Positions 20,742 through 29,507 of a stretch of DNA of 64,000 nt are shown here, one piece after another. Every line of letters begins with the position of its first letter. The stretch's first letter is position 1. The notes beneath the pieces were generated by a model. That model was given only the letters and a program-made list of their open reading frames with translations. It made no database searches and had not been told where the DNA came from. This stretch comes from a bacterium (GTDB lineage: Bacteria; UBA8248): NCBI GenBank assembly GCA_965213625.1, contig CBDBZU010000004.1, positions 3,392,001 through 3,456,000 on the forward strand, in the 5' to 3' direction. Made by a program: the position numbers and the translations under genes.

Positions 20742-22688
20742 GTGAACGCCTCGGACATCATTTGGCGACCGGATGAGGATTTTCTGACGAACAGCCACGT
20801 CGCCAAGCTGATGAAAAAGCTCGGCATGACGGATTACCGCGAGTTCCTCAAGTGGTCGATCGAGGACATCCGCCGCTTCTGGGAGGTCGTGCTCGAAGAC
20901 ATGGGTTTTGAGTGGTACAGACCCTATGACGAGCTTCTCGACCTGAGCGGCGGCTTCCCGTGGGCGAAATGGTTCATCGGCGGGGAGACGAACCTCGTCC
21001 TGAACTGCATCGACCGCCACGTGGCGGGCGGCCGCAAGGACCAGACCGCGCTCGTCTGGGAGAGCGACGGTGGAGAAACCCGCACATTCACCTACGCCGA
21101 ACTCTCTGCGGAAGTATCGCGCCTCGCGAACGCCATGCGCGAGATGGGCCTGAAACCAGGCGACGTGGCGGGCGTGTTCCTCCCCATGGTGCCAGAAGCC
21201 GCCATCGTCATGTACGCGTGCTTCAAGACGGGCGTGGCCGTGCTGCCCGTCTTCTCGGGCTTCGGCCCCGAGGGTCTGGCCGAGCGCCTCATACACGCCG
21301 AGGCGCGCATTCTCTTCACGGTGGACGGCGCCGTGCGCCGGGGCAAGAAGGTTCCCTTGAAAGGCACGGTGGACGCAGCGCTGGAGCGCGGCACGAAGGT
21401 GGAGAAAGTGGTCGTGCTCGAACGCTCGGGCGACGCTGTTCCCATGCAGGAGGGACGCGACGTCTCCTGGGACGATTTCGTCGATGGAAAATCGACAGAA
21501 GCCGAGACCGAGCGGCTTCCCGCCAACGCCGTCTCGATGATCATGTACACCTCTGGCACCACCGGCAAGCCCAAGGGCACCGTCTACACCCACGCAGGGC
21601 TGATGAGCGGCCCCGGGCGCGAACTCAAGTATTGCCTCGACATGCGGGACGGCGACACCGTCTTCTGGGTGACGGACTTCGGCTGGGTGATGGCGCCCTA
21701 CGAGTTGGTTGGCTCTCACTTCAGCGGACACTCGTGCCTGCTCTATGAGAGCGTGCCGAACCACCCCACGCCCGACAGGCTGTGGCAAATCATCGCGAGA
21801 CACGGTGTCACCCACCTGGGGCTTTCGCCCACGGCGGTGCGCGTGCTGATAAGCGCGGGCGATGAATGGGTGGAAGGCCACGACCTATCTTCCCTGCGCG
21901 TGCTGGGCTCGACGGGCGAACCCTGGGACCCGGAATCCTATATGTGGTATTTCGAAAAAGTGGGCGGCGGGCGGTGCCCCATCATGAACATATCGGGCGG
22001 CACCGAGATTGGCGCATGTCTCCTGCAACCCCTGCCCGTCATGGACTTAAGCCCGTGCACGCTGGGTGCTCCCGCCATGGGAACGGACGCCGACGTGTTC
22101 GGCGAAGACGCAAAACCGATTCGCGGCGAGGTGGGCCATCTCGTGCTCAAACAGCCCATTCCCTCGCTCACCAACGGCTTCTGGAAGGAGCCGGACCGCT
22201 ACCTGGAAACCTACTTCTCCCGCTGGGAGGGCGTGTGGTACCACGGCGACTGGGCCAAGGTGGACGAGCAGGGGCTCTGGTATCTCTACGGGCGCTCGGA
22301 CGACACCATCAAGGTATCGGGCAAGCGCGTGGGGCCGAACGAAATCGAATCGGAACTCATCAAGCACCCCGGCGTCATCGAGGCGGCCGTGGTGGGGACG
22401 CCGCACCCGGTGAAGGGAGAGGGTTTGACGTGCTTCGTCGTCATGCACGACACCTACGAGCCGACCGACGCCCTGCGCGAGGAGCTTAAGGATCAGGCGG
22501 TGGAATATCTCGGCAAGAGCCTGCGGCCTGATGAGGTCAGGTTCGTGAAAGCGCTGCCCAAGACGCGCTCCGCGAAAATCGTGAGAAACGCCATAAAGAA
22601 GGTCTACCTGGGCGAGCCGGTGGACCACATGGACTTCAACTCGCTCGAAAACCCCGCGCACCTGGACGCCATCAAGGAAGCGGTGTAG
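20742..22688 (+). CDS. acetate/acyl-CoA ligase (AMP-forming)
   Basis: YTSGTTGKPKG, STGEPW, GRSDDTIKVSGKRVG, LPKTRSAK; GTG start at 20742. Confidence 0.93.
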   Translation: MNASDIIWRPDEDFLTNSHVAKLMKKLGMTDYREFLKWSIEDIRRFWEVVLEDMGFEWYRPYDELLDLSGGFPWAKWFIGGETNLVLNCIDRHVAGGRKDQTALVWESDGGETRTFTYAELSAEVSRLANAMREMGLKPGDVAGVFLPMVPEAAIVMYACFKTGVAVLPVFSGFGPEGLAERLIHAEARILFTVDGAVRRGKKVPLKGTVDAALERGTKVEKVVVLERSGDAVPMQEGRDVSWDDFVDGKSTEAETERLPANAVSMIMYTSGTTGKPKGTVYTHAGLMSGPGRELKYCLDMRDGDTVFWVTDFGWVMAPYELVGSHFSGHSCLLYESVPNHPTPDRLWQIIARHGVTHLGLSPTAVRVLISAGDEWVEGHDLSSLRVLGSTGEPWDPESYMWYFEKVGGGRCPIMNISGGTEIGACLLQPLPVMDLSPCTLGAPAMGTDADVFGEDAKPIRGEVGHLVLKQPIPSLTNGFWKEPDRYLETYFSRWEGVWYHGDWAKVDEQGLWYLYGRSDDTIKVSGKRVGPNEIESELIKHPGVIEAAVVGTPHPVKGEGLTCFVVMHDTYEPTDALREELKDQAVEYLGKSLRPDEVRFVKALPKTRSAKIVRNAIKKVYLGEPVDHMDFNSLENPAHLDAIKEAV

Positions 22689-22690
22689 CC

Positions 22691-24634
22691 ATGCCCGAAG
22701 AAATCATCTGGCAACCGAACGAGGATTTTCTCGAAAATTCGAACGTCGCCCGTTTCATGAAGAAACAGGGGCTGGCGAGTTACGAAGCGCTGATTGATTA
22801 TTTCCGGGAAGACGTCGGCCGCTTCTGGTCGGCCATCGAGAAGGACATGGGGGTCTCCTGGTACAAGCCGTATGACGAGATAATGGACCCATCGGGCGGC
22901 CTGCCCTGGACGAAGTGGTTCGTGGGCGGGGAGCTCAACATCGTCCACAACTGCATCGACAGACATCTGACGACGCCCAGGCGCGACAAGACGACCCTCA
23001 TCTGGGAAGGCGACGGCGGCGAGGTACGCCGGTACACCTACGCCGAGATGAACGCCCGCGTCTGCCGCCTGGCGAACGCCATGCGCGAGATGGGGATGCG
23101 CCCCGGCGACAGCGCCGGCATTTTCATGTCCATGCTCCCCGAGACGGTGTTCGCCATGTTCGCGTGTCTCAAGATCGGAGTGGTCGCGATTCCCATCTTC
23201 TCGGGCTTCGGCCCCGAGGCGGTCGCCGAGCGACTCGAGCACGCCGAGGCGCGGCTCGTCTTCACCTCGAACGGCGGGATGCGCCGGGGCAAGGAAATCG
23301 GTGTGAAGGACCTGATGGACAAGGCCCTGGACCTCGGGACGCAGGTCGAAAAGGTGGTGGTCTTCAAGAGAACCGATACGGACGTCCCCATGCAGGCCGG
23401 ACGGGACGTGTACTGGGACGATTTCATCGACGGACAATCCGAAGAAGCCGAAACCGAGCGCCTGCCCGCCGAGGCCCACTCCCTCATCATCTATACCTCG
23501 GGCACCACCGGAAAGCCGAAAGGCACGGTGCACACCCACGCGGGCTGCATGCTGAACGTCTCCAAGGAGATCCGCTACTGCATGGACCTGCGCGATGAGG
23601 ACACCTTGTTCTGGGTGACGGACATCGGCTGGATGATGGGTCCCTGGAAGATGATAGGCGTTCAGTTCGGGGGCGGCACCTATCTGATTTATGAGGGCGC
23701 GCCCAACTGGCCCGAACCCGACAGGCTCTGGAAGATGCTGAGCGACCACGGGGTCACCATCTTCGGCGTCTCGCCCACCGCCGTGCGGCTCTTGATCAGC
23801 ATGGGCGATGAATGGGTGGAAAAACACGACCTCTCAAGGTTGCGCGTGCTGGCCTCGACCGGCGAGCCATGGGACCCTGAATCCTACATGTGGTATTTCG
23901 AAAAGGTGGGCGGCGGGCGGTGCCCCGTCATGAACATATCGGGCGGCACCGAGCTTTGCGGCTGCATACTCCAGCCCTACCCCATCGTCCCGCTCACGCC
24001 GTGCTCCCTCGGCGGCCCGGCCCTGGGCTCTGACGCCGACGTGTTCAATGAGGAGGGTGAGCCCGTGCGCGGGGAAATCGGCCATCTCGTGCTCAAACAG
24101 CCCGTTCCCTCGATGACCAAGGGTTTCCTGAAAGACGATGCGCGCTTCCTCGAGACGTATTTCTCGCGCTGGCCGGACGTGTGGTACCACGGCGACTGGG
24201 CGCGCCTGGATGCGGACGGGCAGTGGTATCTCTTCGGGCGGTCGGACGACACCATCAACATCGCGGGCAAGCGCGTGGGACCCGCCGAGGTGGAATCGGC
24301 GCTCATCCGGCATCTCGCCGTGGTGGAGGCCGCCGTCATCGGCGCGCCGCACCCCATCAAGGGCGAGGGGCTATGCTGTTTCGTGGTGCTGGCCGGGGGC
24401 CATGAACCGAGCGATGCGCTCCGTGAGGAGCTGAAAGAAGAGACCGTCAAATATCTGGGAAAGAGTCTCAGGCCCGATGAAGTGAAGTTCGTCGAGGCGC
24501 TGCCCAAGACGCGCTCGGCCAAAATCGTGCGCGCCGCCATCAAGAAGGTGTATATGGGCGAGGACCCCGCGAGCATCGACACGTCATCCATCGAGGTACC
24601 GGAGTTTTTACGCGCCATCAAAGAGGCGCGATGA
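22691..24634 (+). CDS. acetate/acyl-CoA ligase (tandem paralog)
   Basis: Same motifs; colinear with the preceding gene. Confidence 0.93.
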   Translation: MPEEIIWQPNEDFLENSNVARFMKKQGLASYEALIDYFREDVGRFWSAIEKDMGVSWYKPYDEIMDPSGGLPWTKWFVGGELNIVHNCIDRHLTTPRRDKTTLIWEGDGGEVRRYTYAEMNARVCRLANAMREMGMRPGDSAGIFMSMLPETVFAMFACLKIGVVAIPIFSGFGPEAVAERLEHAEARLVFTSNGGMRRGKEIGVKDLMDKALDLGTQVEKVVVFKRTDTDVPMQAGRDVYWDDFIDGQSEEAETERLPAEAHSLIIYTSGTTGKPKGTVHTHAGCMLNVSKEIRYCMDLRDEDTLFWVTDIGWMMGPWKMIGVQFGGGTYLIYEGAPNWPEPDRLWKMLSDHGVTIFGVSPTAVRLLISMGDEWVEKHDLSRLRVLASTGEPWDPESYMWYFEKVGGGRCPVMNISGGTELCGCILQPYPIVPLTPCSLGGPALGSDADVFNEEGEPVRGEIGHLVLKQPVPSMTKGFLKDDARFLETYFSRWPDVWYHGDWARLDADGQWYLFGRSDDTINIAGKRVGPAEVESALIRHLAVVEAAVIGAPHPIKGEGLCCFVVLAGGHEPSDALREELKEETVKYLGKSLRPDEVKFVEALPKTRSAKIVRAAIKKVYMGEDPASIDTSSIEVPEFLRAIKEAR

Positions 24635-24635
24635 G

Positions 24636-24893
24636 GTGTCGCTCCTGAATTGCCCCGAATGCGGGGGGCTCCTGAGCACCGAAGCCGAATCGTGTCCCCA
24701 CTGCGGTTATCCGCTCAAAAAAGGCGGCATCGCGGGCGTCTTCAAAGCCATCGCCCAGATCCCGTGTTTCGTCGCCGGGCTGATTCTCATCTTCATTTTT
24801 CTGTTCTTCGGCCTGATTCTCCTGGACGTCTACTACTTCCACGGACTGCTCTTCAAGTTGTTCGGGGTCGAGACCCACGTCACCACTTTCTAG
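24636..24893 (+). CDS. zinc-ribbon membrane protein
   Basis: CPECG…CPHCGYPL followed by a TM segment. Confidence 0.75.
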   Translation: MSLLNCPECGGLLSTEAESCPHCGYPLKKGGIAGVFKAIAQIPCFVAGLILIFIFLFFGLILLDVYYFHGLLFKLFGVETHVTTF

Positions 24894-24918
24894 GCGCAGG
24901 CGTAAGGGGTTGCGTTTT

Positions 24919-24995
24919 TGTAGGGACAGGCCCCCGTGCCTGTCCTGGCGGGCAACAACCAGGGAAGAAGGTCAACCACAGGGGGTTGTCCCTAC
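24919..24995. repeat. GTAG-type REP doublet
   Basis: TGTAGGGACAGGCCCCCGTGCCTGTCC … GGTCAACCACAGGGGGTTGTCCCTAC. Confidence 0.75.
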
Positions 24996-25163
24996 TACAA
25001 ACCCTCGGGAGAAACCCCTCCCCCTTTTGAGAGGGAGAGGGGACTTTTTCAGCAGATCCGGCTTTCGACAAATTCCCCCACGCGAACCCGCCCGGCCCTT
25101 GTTCCCTGCCCCTCGAATGGCTAAGCTGGCGCTTCGTTTCGTCACAGGCAAGCAGGGGATACT

Positions 25164-25910
25164 TTGGACTACTCGACGTATGAGCTACAGGCGGTCGGGA
25201 TCGCCGCCTTTTTCGTCGGCTTTCTGAAAACCACCTTCAGCTCCGGGATCGGCATCTTCCTCGTCCCGATCATGATCATGTTCTGGCCCACGCGGTTCAT
25301 CATCGGCATCATCGCCGTCGTCATGTGGGTGACGGACTTTTTCGCCATCCCCATGTTCTGGAAACAGTGGGAGAGCCGCTATCTGCGCTACCTGGTGCCG
25401 GGCTTCTACATCGGCATCATCATCGGCGTCTACGCGCTGGTGAACCTGCCCGATTACTGGCTGAGAAAGGGGATCGGCCTCACCTGCGTCTTCTTCGCCG
25501 GGCTGTTCATCTGGCGCCAGTTCCGGGGGGAGATCAAGCCGCCGCCCATCAGTCCCCAGGCGGGCGTGGGAATCGGGATAGGCGGCGGAATCATCAGCGC
25601 CATGTTCCACTCGGGCGGCCTCGTACTGAGCCTGTTCTTCGTCAGCCAGGGCATGTCCAAAACGGCGATAGTGGCGAGCATCCTCATCGTATGGTTCTGC
25701 GTGAACCCCTTCAAGGTCACCTCGCTCTGGTACGGGGGCGTCGTCCAGACGCCGATGCTCGTGGCGGGGGCTCTCGCCTTTCCGCTGGCGTGGGCCGGGA
25801 GCTGGTTCGGCAGGCAGGCGCTCCGCCAGATACCCCAGAGAGGATTCACCTTCATCTTACTGCTCCTGTCCCTCATCACCGCCCTGCGCCTTTTACTCGA
25901 GACGAACTAG
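25164..25910 (+). CDS. TauE/SafE family sulfite exporter
   Basis: About 8 TM segments, [27 protein letters not shown]. Confidence 0.85.
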   Translation: MDYSTYELQAVGIAAFFVGFLKTTFSSGIGIFLVPIMIMFWPTRFIIGIIAVVMWVTDFFAIPMFWKQWESRYLRYLVPGFYIGIIIGVYALVNLPDYWLRKGIGLTCVFFAGLFIWRQFRGEIKPPPISPQAGVGIGIGGGIISAMFHSGGLVLSLFFVSQGMSKTAIVASILIVWFCVNPFKVTSLWYGGVVQTPMLVAGALAFPLAWAGSWFGRQALRQIPQRGFTFILLLLSLITALRLLLETN

Positions 25911-25912
25911 GA

Positions 25913-26659
25913 ATGCCGGATTTCACCCTCATCGAGTGGTGCTTCGTGCTCGCGGCGGCGTTTTGCAACGGGTTTCTCGTGCGCACGTTCGGGGCGGGCG
26001 TGGGCCTGGTGATCACCCCCTTCCTCATATTCGCGTTCTCGCCCTCTTTCTCGCTCGGCCTCATTGCGATGTTCAGTTGCTGGTCGGGCCTGGGGTCGGC
26101 GCCCCATTTCTGGGGAAAGTGGAACCTGCGCTACGTGTTCCTGCTGGCGCCCGGCATCGTGGTCGGGCTGGCCGGAGGCGTCTGGCTGCTCACCTGGCTC
26201 CCGGGCGCGGGACTGAAACTCCTGATCGGCGCCATCTGCTTATCGCTCGCCTCCTACCAGACGCTCATCGAGATCAGGGGCAGGCCCTTCGATATCCCTC
26301 CCCTGCCGATGTGGCAGGGCGGGGGCTTCGGGGTCATGAGCGGGCTTTGCTCCGCGCTCGCCAACAGCGGGGCGATCTTCCTCACCCCCGTGCTCATCAG
26401 CCAGAGACTGGAGAAACTCACCCTGGTGAGCACGATATGGGCGCTCTACGCGGTGTTCAACCCCATCAAGGTGGTCGCCTTCTGGCAGGTATCCGTGGTG
26501 ACATGGGACACCATCTGGGCGACCGTGGTCGGCCTGCCCGTGCTGTGGCTGGGCATCAAGGCGGGCGCATGGGTGCAGGAGCGGCTGAGCGGACGCACGT
26601 TCAACCTGTGCGTGCTGAGCATCGCCCTGGGGGGTTCGATACGGCTGTTGCTCGTCTGA
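25913..26659 (+). CDS. TauE/SafE family sulfite exporter (second)
   Basis: MPDFT…[29 protein letters not shown]. Confidence 0.85.
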   Translation: MPDFTLIEWCFVLAAAFCNGFLVRTFGAGVGLVITPFLIFAFSPSFSLGLIAMFSCWSGLGSAPHFWGKWNLRYVFLLAPGIVVGLAGGVWLLTWLPGAGLKLLIGAICLSLASYQTLIEIRGRPFDIPPLPMWQGGGFGVMSGLCSALANSGAIFLTPVLISQRLEKLTLVSTIWALYAVFNPIKVVAFWQVSVVTWDTIWATVVGLPVLWLGIKAGAWVQERLSGRTFNLCVLSIALGGSIRLLLV

Positions 26660-26715
26660 ATCCCTTCCCCTCCCCTCTCATGATAATATGGGTCAATTCT
26701 CAAGGAGGAACCACA

Positions 26716-27828
26716 ATGAGCACGACGCCGCAAGCCGCGAAATCGCCCATGCCGGTCACCGAATCCATCCTCGGCATGGTGGACGCCGACATCCACCACG
26801 TACCGCCCTCGTTGGACGCCCTCAAGCCCTATCTGCCGCTCGTGTGGCAGAATTACGTGGAAGAGACCGACTATACGAAGCTGCCGAACGCCCCTTATCC
26901 CAAGACGGCGGGCGGCGGCGTGCGCAAAGACGCCATTACGCCGGACGGCCCGGCGGGTTCGAGCCTCTCGATGCTGCAGGAACAGGTGCTGGACGCCTAC
27001 GGGGTGAGCTACGGGGTGCTGAACGGGGCGTATTACAACGTCTCCTTCATGGGAATCCCAGAGTTTGGTGCAGCCATGGCGCGCGCGCACAACGACTGGA
27101 CGATTGAGCACTGGCTCGAAAAAGACGAGCGCCTAAGAGGCGCCATCACCGTATCGCACCATGACCCAATGCACGCGGTGGACGAGATAAAGCGCGTCGG
27201 CGAGCGCGACGACATGGCGCAGGTGCTCTTCCCGGCGGGTTCGCACGCCCCTTACGGACAGAGGCGGTATCACCCTATCTACGAGGCGGCGGAAGAGCGC
27301 GGGCTCCCTATCGGCATCCATTTCGGGGGTACGGGCGCAGGCAACGCGCCGCCGCCCACAGCTTCTGGCTGGCCCACCTACTACATCGAGTGGCACACGG
27401 CGATGAGCCAGGCCTTCATGACGCATGTGGTGAGCTTCATCTGCGAGGGCGTGTTCGAGCTGTTCCCGAAGCTGAAAGTCGTGCTGATCGAGGGCGGACT
27501 ATCGTGGATTCCGGGGCTTCTCTGGCGGCTGGACAAGAACTACCGGGGGATGCGCGCCGAGGTGCCCTGGCTCAGGAAGCTGCCGAGCGAGTATTTTTAC
27601 GAGCACTTCCGGGTGACGAGCCAGCCCATCGAGGAACCCGAAAAAGACGAGCATCTCGTCCAGATATTCGAGATGGTCCACGCCGAGAAAATCCTGCTCT
27701 TCGCCACCGACTACCCCCACTGGGATTTCGACTCCCCCGTCCACGCCCTGCCGCGCCAAGTGGACGCAGAGCTGCGCGAGCGCATCATGCGCGAGAATGC
27801 GACAGAGCTTTACGGGCTTAAGGGTTAG
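26716..27828 (+). CDS. amidohydrolase_2 family protein
   Basis: [33 protein letters not shown]; AGGAGG RBS before ATG 26716. Confidence 0.92.
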   Translation: MSTTPQAAKSPMPVTESILGMVDADIHHVPPSLDALKPYLPLVWQNYVEETDYTKLPNAPYPKTAGGGVRKDAITPDGPAGSSLSMLQEQVLDAYGVSYGVLNGAYYNVSFMGIPEFGAAMARAHNDWTIEHWLEKDERLRGAITVSHHDPMHAVDEIKRVGERDDMAQVLFPAGSHAPYGQRRYHPIYEAAEERGLPIGIHFGGTGAGNAPPPTASGWPTYYIEWHTAMSQAFMTHVVSFICEGVFELFPKLKVVLIEGGLSWIPGLLWRLDKNYRGMRAEVPWLRKLPSEYFYEHFRVTSQPIEEPEKDEHLVQIFEMVHAEKILLFATDYPHWDFDSPVHALPRQVDAELRERIMRENATELYGLKG

Positions 27829-28032
27829 GGGTTCTTGAAAAAGCCCACTATGCGTCCGGTCGGCGGCGTGATGATCCCGTAGGGACAGGCCTCCGTGCCT
27901 GTCCGAGGCCCCCCGCGCCTGTTTTGATTGTAACCATCCTGCAAAGGACAACCACAGAGGGTAGGACAACCCCGAGGAGGGGTTGTCCCTACAACCGCCA
28001 TTCCTCCTTCTGCGGACTTTTTCAACAACCCC
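27828..28032. mobile_element. MITE-like element with IS1182-type ends enclosing a REP doublet
   Basis: GGGGTTCTTGAAAAAG…CTTTTTCAACAACCCC; REPs at 27879-27904 and 27964-27993. Confidence 0.65.
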
Positions 28033-28157
28033 GGTTAGGGGGGAGGAATAGAGATTCCTCCCCCCGGCGAGAACTCTTCTCGCTTCCGGTTATCATTCGG
28101 GTTTCACTCCGCATTCGCCTTTTTCGCGCGTTGCGGTGGCCGGCCCCTGCGAGCCAG

Positions 28158-29480
28158 TTACCAGCGTCTGGCGCCTTGCAGCAGGATTGCGCCTTGCCTC
28201 TCCCTGTCCGAGGCGGATTCTTTGAGGCTCGCCTCGAGGTCAAGTGTGGTCATGGCGCCGATCTGCCAGCGCGCGCCGGCGCGCCAGGTCTCCGCGTTCT
28301 CCGAGACCGCCACGCCCGTATACGGCGTGAGCAGCCCGCGCGGGGCGTCGAGGCCGTAGGAGACCTCGGCGTCGAAACGTGAGTCGGCCTCGAAGCTCCC
28401 CGCGCCGAAGCCGCCGAAGCGCTGCTCCCAAAGCCTTTCCGCGCCGCCCGATACCGCCCCCCAGGCGGAGCCCAGCCGCACCGAAAGCCCGCGTCCGTCC
28501 TCACCCGGCTCCACGCGCATCGAGCCGCTCACGCCCCATTCCTCGTAATCGCGCACCTCGTGCGAAAGAAGCCCCCGCGCGCTCACCTCCAGGGTGAGGC
28601 CGATGGCGGGACGGCGGTAGCGCAACCCGCCCCCCACCTCCAGGCCGCTTCCCTCGTCCGCGTCGCCCCCATCGAAGCGAAAGCCGAATTCGAGCGTGGG
28701 TTCGAGCACGCCTCCCGCCCCGAACCTGTAGCTGCGCGCGCCCTCGAGGAGCAGCCGCAGGCGGCTCGTGTCCGTCTCGCCGTCCAGGAGGCCGCCCGCG
28801 CCACCGGAGTTCGAACGCGCCGAGACGAACAGGGCGTCGGAGCGGACCGCGAGTTCGACCCCCAGCGGGTTCGAGGCGCCCAGCACGACCCCGCGTCCGC
28901 CGAACGCCGCCATCTGCATCACCGTGTTCGCCTCGATGTCGGCGCCGCCGCCCGGGGTCAGCGTCATCTCCCCCTGCCCGTGACCGAGGATGCCCCACAC
29001 CGAGAGACGCTCGCTCACATCGTAGCGCACGAAGGGATAAAAGCCCGTGATCACGCTCTTCACGTCGCCCCCGCACCCCGAAGCGCACCCTGCGCCCTGG
29101 CGGAACGAACCGTCGCCCTGGCTGCGCGAGAGCGCCATGCCGAATATCCATCGCTCCCATTCGTAGTCGAGCCCCAGCGTCGCCGTCACAACCTCGCCGT
29201 CGATGGAGACCGCGTCTTCACGCGCGTCGAACCTCGATTTCGCCCCCCGGCCCCACACCGACCAGCGCGCGTTCTTTTGCCGGTTCTTCGCGGACGCCAG
29301 GTGGAACGAACTCTCCAGCAGCAGCTCGGGCATCGAGACCTCGCGCACCGAAGGCGGCGGCGCTTCTTCCCTGCGCAGGAACCTCTCTTCGGTTCCGTAC
29401 GAATATTCTTCCGAGAAGCGCGCCGCGAAGGCCTCGCGCTCCGCCTCACCGCCCAGGGCGAGGCTTTGCCCGCCCAGCAT
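28158..29480 (-). CDS. autotransporter beta-barrel portion (in frame with the upstream passenger)
   Basis: WSVWGRG, LGLDYEW, alternating beta-strand pattern, C-terminal Trp. Confidence 0.85.
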   Translation of the reverse strand: MLGGQSLALGGEAEREAFAARFSEEYSYGTEERFLRREEAPPPSVREVSMPELLLESSFHLASAKNRQKNARWSVWGRGAKSRFDAREDAVSIDGEVVTATLGLDYEWERWIFGMALSRSQGDGSFRQGAGCASGCGGDVKSVITGFYPFVRYDVSERLSVWGILGHGQGEMTLTPGGGADIEANTVMQMAAFGGRGVVLGASNPLGVELAVRSDALFVSARSNSGGAGGLLDGETDTSRLRLLLEGARSYRFGAGGVLEPTLEFGFRFDGGDADEGSGLEVGGGLRYRRPAIGLTLEVSARGLLSHEVRDYEEWGVSGSMRVEPGEDGRGLSVRLGSAWGAVSGGAERLWEQRFGGFGAGSFEADSRFDAEVSYGLDAPRGLLTPYTGVAVSENAETWRAGARWQIGAMTTLDLEASLKESASDRERQGAILLQGARRW

Positions 29481-29507
29481 TACGCGCGTACCAGCGCCTC
29501 CTCGGAA

